Source: a virus. Taken from it: a DNA stretch of 64,000 nt. The position numbers and the translations under genes were made by a program. The notes under the pieces are model-generated. The model did no database searches. It was given only the letters and a program-made list of their open reading frames with translations, and was not told the DNA's origin. How positions within the stretch are numbered: the first letter of the stretch is position 1; every line of letters begins with the position of its first letter. This document shows positions 48,100-56,769 of the stretch, one piece after another. The stretch spans positions 15,666-79,665 of the IMG/VR virus record IMGVR_UViG_3300009509_000009; one strand, written 5' to 3'.

Positions 48100-48711
48100 T
48101 CATGCGTGCTCTTCGCCACCATCATCCTCCTCGTCTTCTTCGTCCTCCGTATCAAGGTCCGGATCTCCTCTGAATAGGTTTCCGTCCTTGACTTCTTGTA
48201 TCAACATCTGCGAGATCGTCTGCTTGAACTTGTTGATTCGATCGATGTCGAGCTTCTCTATGGCTGGTAGCTTCTCGACCTCGTCTGCAAATCGTTCAGC
48301 GAACGCAGCTCGCACGTCTTCGTCAGCGAAGTACCACTCCTTCTCACCAGTGCTGGTGTGGAGTCTGATGTCGAGAGTCTCGTCGTCGTCTATGAGAAGG
48401 GTAAAGGAGGGACAGAGGTCGCACGTGACCTTGGGCCCTGCCTTCTTCAGCAGCTTTCTGGGGTCTTTGGAAGCCATATCTAAGTCCAACCTCCCTCTAG
48501 AGAGCTTATACCAGCTGTTCACAGCCGAGATCGCTCTTTGGTATAAGCATCTTGACGGGATATCCGGCATTACTTCTCGATCTTTAGGCTCCATTAGATC
48601 ACGAAAATGGTAGAAATGACAAATCTTGCTGATTGTCAAGTCATTTGATGGAGTATTGGAGGTCGGTAGGACGCCGAGCTCGAGCTCGAGAGGAAGGTCT
48701 GAGGCGCTCAT
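48100..48711 (-). CDS. Hypothetical protein
   Basis: ~203 aa, acidic tail. Confidence 0.65.
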   Translation of the reverse strand: MSASDLPLELELGVLPTSNTPSNDLTISKICHFYHFRDLMEPKDREVMPDIPSRCLYQRAISAVNSWYKLSRGRLDLDMASKDPRKLLKKAGPKVTCDLCPSFTLLIDDDETLDIRLHTSTGEKEWYFADEDVRAAFAERFADEVEKLPAIEKLDIDRINKFKQTISQMLIQEVKDGNLFRGDPDLDTEDEEDEEDDGGEEHA

Positions 48712-48741
48712 CAGACTCTCTTCTCGGGGTGCAAATAAAGT

Positions 48742-48789
48742 TCTTGACATCGAGAACGATCTTATGCTTAGATCAAGTTCAAGTCAAGA
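48742..48789. promoter_or_regulatory. Imperfect palindrome in a divergent intergenic region
   Basis: TCTTGAC..GAAC.GATCT / AGATC..GTTC..GTCAAGA, with a CATAAG core on the minus strand. Confidence 0.5.
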
Positions 48790-48844
48790 TCGATCTCACA
48801 GAAACCTGCCTTAGGGGAACCAAGGAGAGCCAAGGAGAGCAAGC

Positions 48845-49600
48845 ATGTCAGATGATGAACTGAGTCCGATTGAGAGGCTCAAGCAGCAGATGAACGAAGC
48901 CAAGGACGATGGGTCCAGTGGCGAAACCACCAAAGCTCCAGAGGAGAAGGAGACTACAGTGAAGTCCACCGCCAGCAAGAAGAAGGCTCCCGCCAAGAAG
49001 AAGCCGGTCAAGGCAGCCAAGCCCGCCAAGAAGAAAGCAGCGGCGAAGAAGCCCGCTGCAGATGAGGCAGCTCCGGCCAAGAAGCCTCGCGTGGCCAAGA
49101 AGAAGGGCACTGCGAAGGCGGCCAAGTCGGCGGCCAAGCCGGCGGCCAAGCCTGCCAAGAAGCCGGCCAAGAAGGCGGCTGCAAAGAAAGCTCCCGCCAA
49201 GAAGGCGGCTGCGAAGAAGGCTCCAGCCAAGAAGACCAGCAAGCCGCCCGTCAAGGCGACCGGGTCGACGAGGGAGATGGTTCGTGACCGAAAGGGCGAC
49301 GGCCTCACCCCCATCGAGCGAAAGATCATCAAGTTCATCGCCGACAGCGACGAGCCGCTCTCTGTGGTGAGCATCGGACGTCGGATGTTCGGACAGGACT
49401 GTCCCAGCGAGGGCGAGAACTCCTTCCGCACCGTCCGCAACGCTCTTCGCTTCCCCGTGAAGTACGGGATGGTCGACATGGTCAAGGACCAGCGCGGCCT
49501 CTACAGAATCGGGGCAGCCTACAAGCGGTCCAAGGGCAACCTCACCAAGCTCGCCGAGCGCTACCGAGACCGGGTGGCCAAGGAGCGCAAGGCTTCCTGA
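48845..49600 (+). CDS. Histone H1-like Lys/Ala/Pro-rich DNA-binding protein with C-terminal winged-helix-like domain
   Basis: KKAAAKKAPAKK repeats; 'LTPIERKIIKFI...GLYRI'. Confidence 0.8.
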   Translation: MSDDELSPIERLKQQMNEAKDDGSSGETTKAPEEKETTVKSTASKKKAPAKKKPVKAAKPAKKKAAAKKPAADEAAPAKKPRVAKKKGTAKAAKSAAKPAAKPAKKPAKKAAAKKAPAKKAAAKKAPAKKTSKPPVKATGSTREMVRDRKGDGLTPIERKIIKFIADSDEPLSVVSIGRRMFGQDCPSEGENSFRTVRNALRFPVKYGMVDMVKDQRGLYRIGAAYKRSKGNLTKLAERYRDRVAKERKAS

Positions 49601-49626
49601 GTACAGCAGCTGCACCGTTCCCCACT

Positions 49627-49671
49627 GGCCCGGGGGTGGCTTAGGCTGCCTCCGGGCCTTGTTGTTCTTAG
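49627..49671 (+). terminator. Intrinsic terminator
   Basis: GGCCCGGGGGTGGC-TTAG-GCTGCCTCCGGGCC-TTGTTGTTCTTAG. Confidence 0.75.
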
Positions 49672-49679
49672 GAGATCAC

Positions 49680-50513
49680 ATGGCATATGAGGGACCCATT
49701 CCCCTGACTGACGACTTCATGGAGGAGCTGTTTGGGGGTGCAGAACTGATACGAAGGGTGTATCATCGCTCCATGTCTGAAGAGCACAAGCCCAAGGCCG
49801 AAGAGACCAAGAAAGAAACGATCAACAGACCGATAATTCCTAACGGACCGATGAGGAGGCCGCCCGAGGCCTCACCATTATGGATCTGTAATGCCAAGTC
49901 CGAACACAAGAAGGATCTACACTACGACCTTCGTGGTAAGATCGTGGAGGCGGACCAGTGTCATTGCGTGAAGTGCATGCTAGCTCACTACCCACTATTG
50001 AGTGTGGGTGAGCCAGTAGCTGTTCATCCTCAGTACACGCTAGAGGTTCTGAAGGAGTCAGGAGTAGTGGGGCTCTATAAACCCCACATACCAGTGAGAT
50101 GTCCTTGCGCTGTTTGTGGCAAGGAAGTCGAGTCGTGCCTCGAGGACGTCTACGAGACATCAGAGATCGTCCATCTTTCGTGTATGTCGTTCGACGACAG
50201 AGAGGCGCTGAGGAACGTTGGCTACACGCTGGACTATCTGATCAGAAAGAGGAGAGAAGATGAAAGTCAAAGAGTTCATGAAGAAGATGGGCCTCGCAAT
50301 CAGGGTGGAGAGCCCGGAGCCGAGACTGTCGGAGAGCTACTACAAGGTGATGGTGGAGAGGAGCATCAAGGGGTACAAGAAGCCCCAGAAAGTGCCGGTG
50401 AACGACCCAAGGGCGAAGGGGTACACCATGACCCTGAGCCACCCCAAGACGCAGAAGAGCGTGACTCTGCCTCACTTCACTCCTCCGGGAGAGACGACGC
50501 CTCCGACGGGTGA
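49680..50513 (+). CDS. Cys-rich hypothetical protein (C-terminus overlaps the next gene)
   Basis: AGGAG RBS; CHCVKC, CPCAVC. Confidence 0.65.
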   Translation: MAYEGPIPLTDDFMEELFGGAELIRRVYHRSMSEEHKPKAEETKKETINRPIIPNGPMRRPPEASPLWICNAKSEHKKDLHYDLRGKIVEADQCHCVKCMLAHYPLLSVGEPVAVHPQYTLEVLKESGVVGLYKPHIPVRCPCAVCGKEVESCLEDVYETSEIVHLSCMSFDDREALRNVGYTLDYLIRKRREDESQRVHEEDGPRNQGGEPGAETVGELLQGDGGEEHQGVQEAPESAGERPKGEGVHHDPEPPQDAEERDSASLHSSGRDDASDG

Positions 50514-50649
50514 AGAGTTCCTCGAGTTCACCGTGAGCGCCGTCAATGGGGGCTTCCCTGAGTCTCAGCCCGTGCAGAGTAATGCTCTGGTGATCAAGCA
50601 TTGGCTGGGCAGCGACAAGTATGAGGAGCTGATTGGCTGCGAGGTGTAG
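50260..50649 (+). CDS. Hypothetical protein
   Basis: 129 aa, GAGGAG RBS, typical codon usage. Confidence 0.7.
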   Translation: MKVKEFMKKMGLAIRVESPEPRLSESYYKVMVERSIKGYKKPQKVPVNDPRAKGYTMTLSHPKTQKSVTLPHFTPPGETTPPTGEEFLEFTVSAVNGGFPESQPVQSNALVIKHWLGSDKYEELIGCEV

Positions 50650-50650
50650 C

Positions 50651-51007
50651 GTGCTGTTCAGTCCAAAGAAGGTGGTCGAGGCCACAGAGGTCAACGAACG
50701 CACGCTGATCTACTTAGCTGAGAAGGGAGTCATCGGCGTAGCAGTTGAGCCCCAGGGTCGTGGCACGAGCCGTCAGTACTCCAAGTTCAACATCTTTCAG
50801 ATCCTCCTCGTCCGTGCTCTTAGGCGATCGGGGATTGAGTTCGGCAGGATAAAAAATTACCTGCAAGAACACGAGAAACGTATCTGGGAGCTAATGCGAG
50901 GAGACGAGGTTGAGTACGTGATCACCATCAGTGATCATGGCGAGATAAGGATCAACCTCACGAACCTGCGCGAGTCCTTCGACCGCGCCATGGAGATGTT
51001 GGGATGA
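50651..51007 (+). CDS. MerR-family HTH regulator
   Basis: 'FSPKKVVEATEVNERTLIYLAEKGVI...GRGTSRQYS...LRRSGI'. Confidence 0.75.
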   Translation: MLFSPKKVVEATEVNERTLIYLAEKGVIGVAVEPQGRGTSRQYSKFNIFQILLVRALRRSGIEFGRIKNYLQEHEKRIWELMRGDEVEYVITISDHGEIRINLTNLRESFDRAMEMLG

Positions 51008-51915
51008 AGAGAGTGTGCTTCTACCACAGGGCTGACAAAGACGGCCACTGCAGCGGTGCCATCGTGGCCAACCACTTCGGAAAACACAACGTCGAGATGA
51101 TCGGGTGGAACTACGGAGAGGAGTTCCCCTGGGACAAGATCGATAAGGACACCCAGGTGTTCATGGTCGATCTCAGCCTGCAACCGTGGGACAAGATGGT
51201 CAGGCTCATGGGCGAGTGCAAGCAGCTCGTCTGGATTGACCACCACAAAAGCGCCATTGACGAGTACGTCAAGTGGCGTGAGACGTCGGGTCAGGGTGAC
51301 CACATCGTTGAGGTCAGCACCAAGCATGCAGCCTGCGAGCTCGTGTGGAACTACTTCTACGGTGGCGAGCTCGAGGACCTCGACGATGATAAGGAGATGC
51401 CGGCCACTGTGCGCCTCATTGGTCGCTACGACATCTGGGAGTGGGAGAACGTACCCAACGCCCTCGAGTTCCAGTACGGGCTGCGCATCTACGACACCAA
51501 TCCAGAGAACCAGGAGCTGTGGGGACAGCTGCTCGCCGCCGGCACCATGCTCATTCCCCGCATCGTCGAGGAGGGTAGGACGATTCTCAAGTACAAGCAG
51601 GTGCAGGACAAGATCCACATCAACTCAGCTGGCTTCGAGCTCGAGTTCCGTGGCCTGCGCTTCCTCGCCATCAACGAGATGTTCAACAACAGCCAGCTCT
51701 TCGATTCGCGCTTCGATCCCGAGAAGCACGACGCCATGCTCACCTTCGGCTACCGCAAGGGAAAGTGGCACCTCGGCTTCTACTCGCCCAAGAAGATGTG
51801 CGCTGATCGTGGCATCGACCTCGGCGCCATCGCCAAGGAGCTTGGAGGCGGAGGACATCCTGGTGCTGCTGGGTGTCAGGTTGAGGAGCTGCCATTCGAG
51901 TTACCACGGAGGTGA
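51004..51915 (+). CDS. DHH/DHHA1 family phosphoesterase
   Basis: 'YHRADKDG', 'MVDLS', 'WIDHH', 'GGGGHPGAAG'. Confidence 0.9.
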   Translation: MKRVCFYHRADKDGHCSGAIVANHFGKHNVEMIGWNYGEEFPWDKIDKDTQVFMVDLSLQPWDKMVRLMGECKQLVWIDHHKSAIDEYVKWRETSGQGDHIVEVSTKHAACELVWNYFYGGELEDLDDDKEMPATVRLIGRYDIWEWENVPNALEFQYGLRIYDTNPENQELWGQLLAAGTMLIPRIVEEGRTILKYKQVQDKIHINSAGFELEFRGLRFLAINEMFNNSQLFDSRFDPEKHDAMLTFGYRKGKWHLGFYSPKKMCADRGIDLGAIAKELGGGGHPGAAGCQVEELPFELPRR

Positions 51916-51918
51916 TCT

Positions 51919-52758
51919 ATGGCCAAGGAGAAGACCGCCAACAGGCCGAACAAGGAGGCTCTAGACCGCGTGTGGGACATCCTGTGTAGGCCGGCTGTGG
52001 ACTTAGACATGACGGTGGAGGAGGTACGTCGCGTTCTGCTAAGTGGGATGACGGTTGAGAACGATAAGGGAATCTACAACCCATGTCCAGCGTGCGGAAT
52101 GAACAATACCGCGTACAAGATCAGTTTGAGAAGGGACAACGCTGATCAATTCCTACGATTCGTCCATCGTTATCTAGACCTGAAGAAGAAATACCCAGAC
52201 GACCCAGAGAAACATTGGATAGACTGCCCAAAATTCTTCAAGATGGAAGACCAGAAGCAGAGAGACTTCACCAAGCTGAAACGTTGGGGACTGATCATAG
52301 CTCACCCGACCAAGGCTGGTCATTGGCTGCCCACAATGTTGGGGATCAAGTACGCATTCGGCATGTTCCCTATTCCGAAGTGGGTGTGTTCCTTCCACGA
52401 CATCGTAATTGGATACACGAGTGATTGGGTATTCATCGATGACGTGCTGGCTATGCCCCCGGGGTGGTCGTTCGACACGCACGTTCGTGCAGGAGCTGAG
52501 GCCCTTCAGGACCTCGACGAAGGACAGATGGTCTACATGAATCTCCTAAAGAGAAAGTCAGGAGCTATAAGAAATAGGACGAAGACGAGTTCTGACTGGG
52601 ATGATCTATTCAAGTATATGTATGACGCGGACCTCATAGAGAAGGTCGCTGTAGAGGAGATCAAACCAGGACCAAAGTTAGAAGTGGGTGATGGTCAGCC
52701 CGAACCCGATCCAGACTTTGGTAGACCAAGAAAACCAAAACAGCTTTACCTGTTCTGA
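51919..52758 (+). CDS. Hypothetical protein (CPAC Zn motif, possible winged helix)
   Basis: 279 aa, GGAGG RBS. Confidence 0.7.
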   Translation: MAKEKTANRPNKEALDRVWDILCRPAVDLDMTVEEVRRVLLSGMTVENDKGIYNPCPACGMNNTAYKISLRRDNADQFLRFVHRYLDLKKKYPDDPEKHWIDCPKFFKMEDQKQRDFTKLKRWGLIIAHPTKAGHWLPTMLGIKYAFGMFPIPKWVCSFHDIVIGYTSDWVFIDDVLAMPPGWSFDTHVRAGAEALQDLDEGQMVYMNLLKRKSGAIRNRTKTSSDWDDLFKYMYDADLIEKVAVEEIKPGPKLEVGDGQPEPDPDFGRPRKPKQLYLF

Positions 52759-52772
52759 AGGAGGACTGAACC

Positions 52773-53030
52773 ATGCTTTGACCGCATTGTGTTCTCTGGG
52801 CGGTGCTCGGAGCAATACCAGTGATCGGATCAATCATAACCTGGTGGAGGATCAGACGTGCTAAGGCTCACGACAATCATCAGCGGAGGGCAGACAGGAG
52901 CAGACCGTGGTGGTCTGAGAGCGGCAATAGCCTGTGGGCTCGAGCACGGGGGTTGGTGTCCAAAGGGTCGACGCGCCGAGGATGGAAGAATTCCCTCGAT
53001 GTACCGCCTGATGGAAGATACTACCACTGA
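52773..53030 (+). CDS. Candidate small selenoprotein (M-L-U-P-H-C plus TM helix)
   Basis: AAGGAGG-8nt-ATG CTT TGA CCG CAT TGT, in frame with ORF 52803..53030; SECIS-like hairpin follows. Confidence 0.55.
52786..52816 (+). promoter_or_regulatory. Bacterial SECIS-like hairpin
   Basis: ATTG-[TGTT bulge]-CTCTGGGC-GGT-GCTCGGAG-CAAT; apical GGU loop starts 20 nt after the UGA. Confidence 0.5.
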
Positions 53031-53349
53031 CTATCGATCTCGAACCAGGCTCAACATCAGAGCAGCGGACTCTACCTTGATCTTCAACTACGGGAAGCTG
53101 AAGGGGGGAACGCTGTTCACAGTCAACAGCTGCGAGGAGCTCGAGAAGCATTACCTCGTGGTAGACCTAGACATGGGACCTAGCGAACTCGTGGCAAGCC
53201 GAAGCGTCGAGCACTACTTCCTTGCCGCAGATCCGAGAGTGGTCAATATAGCTGGGCCAAGAGAGTCCAAGGTCCCTGGCATTGAGATCACCGTGGAGGG
53301 ACTTCTTGCTCATGTGTTGGGCGTGGTGCTCAAGGAGGAGATCGGATGA
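52858..53349 (+). CDS. SLOG-superfamily / putative molybdenum-carrier-like protein
   Basis: 'IISGGQTGADRGGL', 'GGWCPKGR', 'RTRLNI', 'NIAGPRES'. Confidence 0.85.
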   Translation: MLRLTTIISGGQTGADRGGLRAAIACGLEHGGWCPKGRRAEDGRIPSMYRLMEDTTTDYRSRTRLNIRAADSTLIFNYGKLKGGTLFTVNSCEELEKHYLVVDLDMGPSELVASRSVEHYFLAADPRVVNIAGPRESKVPGIEITVEGLLAHVLGVVLKEEIG

Positions 53350-53654
53350 ACCAGTGCATCAGATGCAGGGTGGTGCGAGATACCAAGGCCTCGCTCTGTC
53401 CTGTGTGCATGAAGGAGATCAACGAGCTCGGTCTTTGGAACAGGAGGACTGAGCATATCATCTGGGGTCTTACCATCCTGCGACTGTATGGTGAGGTCAC
53501 AAGTGACGCTCAGCATGACGAGCTCACTGCTGGGCTGCCTGATGGCTTCACCCCGACTGACGCAGACCATCAGCTCATCATCCTCAGTGAGGACGACGGC
53601 GGTCTCAACTGGCACTACGACGAGGACGAAGGCTACTACGGCTTCTTCACCTGA
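53346..53654 (+). CDS. Hypothetical protein
   Basis: 102 aa; CxxC...CxxC N-terminus. Confidence 0.7.
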   Translation: MNQCIRCRVVRDTKASLCPVCMKEINELGLWNRRTEHIIWGLTILRLYGEVTSDAQHDELTAGLPDGFTPTDADHQLIILSEDDGGLNWHYDEDEGYYGFFT

Positions 53655-53663
53655 GGAGGGACC

Positions 53664-53972
53664 ATGCTGACCAGAGAAGAGTGGGTACGACTAGGCAACA
53701 AGATCGGCGAGACCGTAGCCGAGAAGAACAAAGCCTACGGTGACTCAGTCCGCAAGACAGCGAGGATGATGCACATCCTCTATCCGGACGTACCTGAAGA
53801 GACGATCTCGAAGATCCTGCTCACCGTCCGGATACTAGACAAACTGAGCAGGATCGCAAACGACCCGGGGTTCAACGATGAGGATCCAGCCCTCGACATC
53901 TGTGGGTATGGGCTACTCTTCCACGACCTCATCACCAATGGCCTAGAGCCAGAGAAAGGTACTGATCAATGA
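53664..53972 (+). CDS. DUF1599-like (nucleotide-modification-associated, all-alpha) protein
   Basis: 'EKNKAYGDS...RILDKLSRI...DICGY'. Confidence 0.7.
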   Translation: MLTREEWVRLGNKIGETVAEKNKAYGDSVRKTARMMHILYPDVPEETISKILLTVRILDKLSRIANDPGFNDEDPALDICGYGLLFHDLITNGLEPEKGTDQ

Positions 53973-54685
53973 CCAAGAAGGATTTCACCTCGATCATCTT
54001 CGTGCTCGACAAAAGCGCATCCATGTCCACCAAGCGTGAGCAGGCGGTCAGCAGCTTCGACGAGTTCGTGTTGGACCAGAAGAACCAGAAGGGCGAGTGC
54101 TCGATGACACTCGTCATGTTCGACACGAACTACGGAGTCATCCTAGTCAACGAGCCCATCGAGAAGGTCAAGCCCCTCGAGGAGATTGGCTACGCCCCCG
54201 GGGGCAACACCGCCCTCATCGATTCGGTGGCCAGAGCCATCAACGAGGCTGGTGACGTGTTCGCTCGCATGAAAGAGGGTGAGCGTCCCGACAACGTGGT
54301 GCTCGTGATTCTCACTGACGGCGAGGAGAACAGCTCCAAGGAGGTCACCAACCAGGAGCTGCAGCAGCTCATCGACCACCAGGTGGACAAGTACGATTGG
54401 AAGATCGTCTATCTCCACCAGGGTGCAGGCGCCTTCGCTCAGGCCAACAAGATGGGCATGAAGGCCATGCACTCCAACTACTTCGTCGGCGAGGTCAAGA
54501 CCGGCGGTGGTCTGGGAGTCCGCAAGGCCATGAGGGCAGCCTCCTACGCCGTGGCCTCCACACGCTCGAGCGACAGCAAGAGCATGGACAAGGGCGGCAC
54601 TGAGGACCTCCTCAGTGATGACGATGCCTACGACCGCTACCGCAGCAAGCAGGCCGTCACGTCCAGCACGAGAGGTAACCAATGA
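53969..54685 (+). CDS. vWA domain protein
   Basis: MIDAS 'FVLDKSASM', 'GNTALID', 'ILTDGEENSSKE'. Confidence 0.9.
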   Translation: MTKKDFTSIIFVLDKSASMSTKREQAVSSFDEFVLDQKNQKGECSMTLVMFDTNYGVILVNEPIEKVKPLEEIGYAPGGNTALIDSVARAINEAGDVFARMKEGERPDNVVLVILTDGEENSSKEVTNQELQQLIDHQVDKYDWKIVYLHQGAGAFAQANKMGMKAMHSNYFVGEVKTGGGLGVRKAMRAASYAVASTRSSDSKSMDKGGTEDLLSDDDAYDRYRSKQAVTSSTRGNQ

Positions 54686-55260
54686 GCAGCAAGGAGACCA
54701 CAGCAGAGGGCCTGCAGCACGATGTCGACGTCCTCACAGAGCACAATGGTGAGCTCCACGACCAGCTCGAGGCCCTCAAGGACGACCACACCGACCTGAA
54801 GGAGGCCAACCAGGCTCTCCAGGATGAGCTCGAGGAGCTCAGGCTCGTACACTCTCAGTGTGTGGACCTCGGCAAGTTCCAGGAGGACATCGTAACCAGG
54901 GACAAGCGCATCCAAGAGCTCGAGGCAGAGCTGGAGGACTACAGGCAGACTGTGGGCGCCATCCACGTGCTCGTCGACCTTCACACTCACAAGCACCCAG
55001 CTCCTCCCCAGAAGACGGCAGAGGAGTTCTATGATCAGTTCGGCCCACTCGTGGGAGCTGGCAGCGAGGTCAGGGACTGGTTCGTTGACAACTGGCCCAA
55101 GATCGTGAAGCTCGTGACCATGGCTATCGACGCCGGCCTCGAGGAAGACCTCAAGAAGCGTGGCATCGCCATCATCGACCCGGGCGGCAAGCTAGTCGAG
55201 CTCGACAAGGCCCTCAATGTGGCTCGAGGACACACAATACAGGTGCGCGCCGATGTCTGA
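54682..55260 (+). CDS. Coiled-coil hypothetical protein
   Basis: 192 aa with heptad pattern. Confidence 0.7.
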   Translation: MSSKETTAEGLQHDVDVLTEHNGELHDQLEALKDDHTDLKEANQALQDELEELRLVHSQCVDLGKFQEDIVTRDKRIQELEAELEDYRQTVGAIHVLVDLHTHKHPAPPQKTAEEFYDQFGPLVGAGSEVRDWFVDNWPKIVKLVTMAIDAGLEEDLKKRGIAIIDPGGKLVELDKALNVARGHTIQVRADV

Positions 55261-55459
55261 CTACATTGAGGAGCCGACCAACCCAGGTCTGGACGATGGC
55301 AAGTGTGCGCTGTGTCTCAAGCCAGGACTCACAGAAGAGGATCGCTGCTACGGATGCGGCTACACGATCTGTGAGGACTGCAACGTGAACGCGGGGCTCA
55401 TGGGTCCACACCTCGTGGCGGAGCATCAGGACGAAGAGGAGGAAGACATTGAGTGGTAG
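55253..55459 (+). CDS. Small Zn-finger protein
   Basis: CALC, CYGC, CEDC. Confidence 0.6.
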   Translation: MSDYIEEPTNPGLDDGKCALCLKPGLTEEDRCYGCGYTICEDCNVNAGLMGPHLVAEHQDEEEEDIEW

Positions 55460-55503
55460 TGGTGGGCTGCTCAGTGATCGATCTAGCAAGAAAGGAGATG
55501 AAT

Positions 55504-55863
55504 ATGAGGTACCATACGCAGAACATCAACTTCCTGAAGACTGGAGCTGAGATCAAGGAGAAGGCCAAGCTACTCGTCGAGAAGCGCAGGGCCAAGGTGG
55601 AGGAGCGCAAGCGCCTCGTTGCTGAGCAGGCCAAGGCCCTCGGCATCGAGAGTGTGGAGGACGCCCTGACTCGAGCGGAGGAGATTGGCCTCGAGCTCAC
55701 AGACCCAGACCAGAACATCGCCCACTCCAAGATGCTCTCCAACCGCAGCAAGGTGAAGGAGGAGCAGGCTGAGATTCGTCAGCTCGAGACCTTGATTCGC
55801 AACTTGGACGAGGACAGGTCGTTCGAGTTGACGTTCGATGATCTTGAGTACTACGGATTCTAA
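55504..55863 (+). CDS. Hypothetical protein
   Basis: AAGGAG RBS; start at 55498 or 55504. Confidence 0.7.
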   Translation: MRYHTQNINFLKTGAEIKEKAKLLVEKRRAKVEERKRLVAEQAKALGIESVEDALTRAEEIGLELTDPDQNIAHSKMLSNRSKVKEEQAEIRQLETLIRNLDEDRSFELTFDDLEYYGF

Positions 55864-55865
55864 CC

Positions 55866-56564
55866 ATGGCCCTGCTCAAGGACAACCCTGACGGGACCAA
55901 GAGTGGCTACAAACGCCCTCGGAGCGTCCAGCAGATCTTCAGTCGAAGCATCAGATGGGAGACATCTCTTCACCACACAACTCCAGAGGGGGTGGAAGTA
56001 GCCAACGAAGAGATCGAGCCAGTCAACGCAAGCCAAGCAGCTCATGATCGTATGGAGCTCCGTCGCTATGCACAGGACATGGAGCGCAGGTGGTTCACCG
56101 AGAAGTGCAACGGGGAGAAATACCTCGATCTTCAGAGAGCCAAGGAGAAGACAGTAGAGGGTCTGAAGGAGGAGCTTCGCATCAAGGAGCAGGAGTACGA
56201 CGGCCTTCAGATCTGGGTGGAGGGGGCCAAGAAGAAGATCGCCCATCTTGAGAACAAGCTCGAAGAGGGAGTCTGTCACAAGTGCAGGGAGCGTGAGCGG
56301 ATCGTGGCCTCGCTCCCACAGGATGGGTCTCGAGGTCAGAAGGATGCGTGGGATGAACTCCTGGATCGCATCAGCACGCTTGAGCATGAGAGGAATGCCG
56401 CCCAGAACGAGATCAACAAGCTCGATGGGAGACTCAAGAACTGCTATACGCAGAATGATCTTCGTGGCAGGCATCTTACTATTCTTGAAAGAAAGCTCGA
56501 GGAGCTCGGTGTGAATTGGAGGGAGCTGATTCATGAAAGCAAAGCATCTGATCCCAGGCACTAA
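55866..56564 (+). CDS. Coiled-coil hypothetical protein
   Basis: 232 aa. Confidence 0.65.
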   Translation: MALLKDNPDGTKSGYKRPRSVQQIFSRSIRWETSLHHTTPEGVEVANEEIEPVNASQAAHDRMELRRYAQDMERRWFTEKCNGEKYLDLQRAKEKTVEGLKEELRIKEQEYDGLQIWVEGAKKKIAHLENKLEEGVCHKCRERERIVASLPQDGSRGQKDAWDELLDRISTLEHERNAAQNEINKLDGRLKNCYTQNDLRGRHLTILERKLEELGVNWRELIHESKASDPRH

Positions 56565-56769
56565 GTTCACGGTGGACCCTCCTGATCCAGAGTCTCCCGT
56601 ACGCATCTGCCTGACCAACAACGAAGAGCAGGGACTCCGATTCGGATGGCCGAACAGCCTGGAGTACTGGTGCTTCATGGGCGAGGAGGTTGAGGTGGAG
56701 CCCATCGAAGGAGTCTGGGACATCTCGAATCACCAAATGATCAAGAAGCACAAGGAGTCTGGACCATGA
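56533..56769 (+). CDS. Hypothetical protein
   Basis: 78 aa, GGAG RBS. Confidence 0.6.
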   Translation: MKAKHLIPGTKFTVDPPDPESPVRICLTNNEEQGLRFGWPNSLEYWCFMGEEVEVEPIEGVWDISNHQMIKKHKESGP

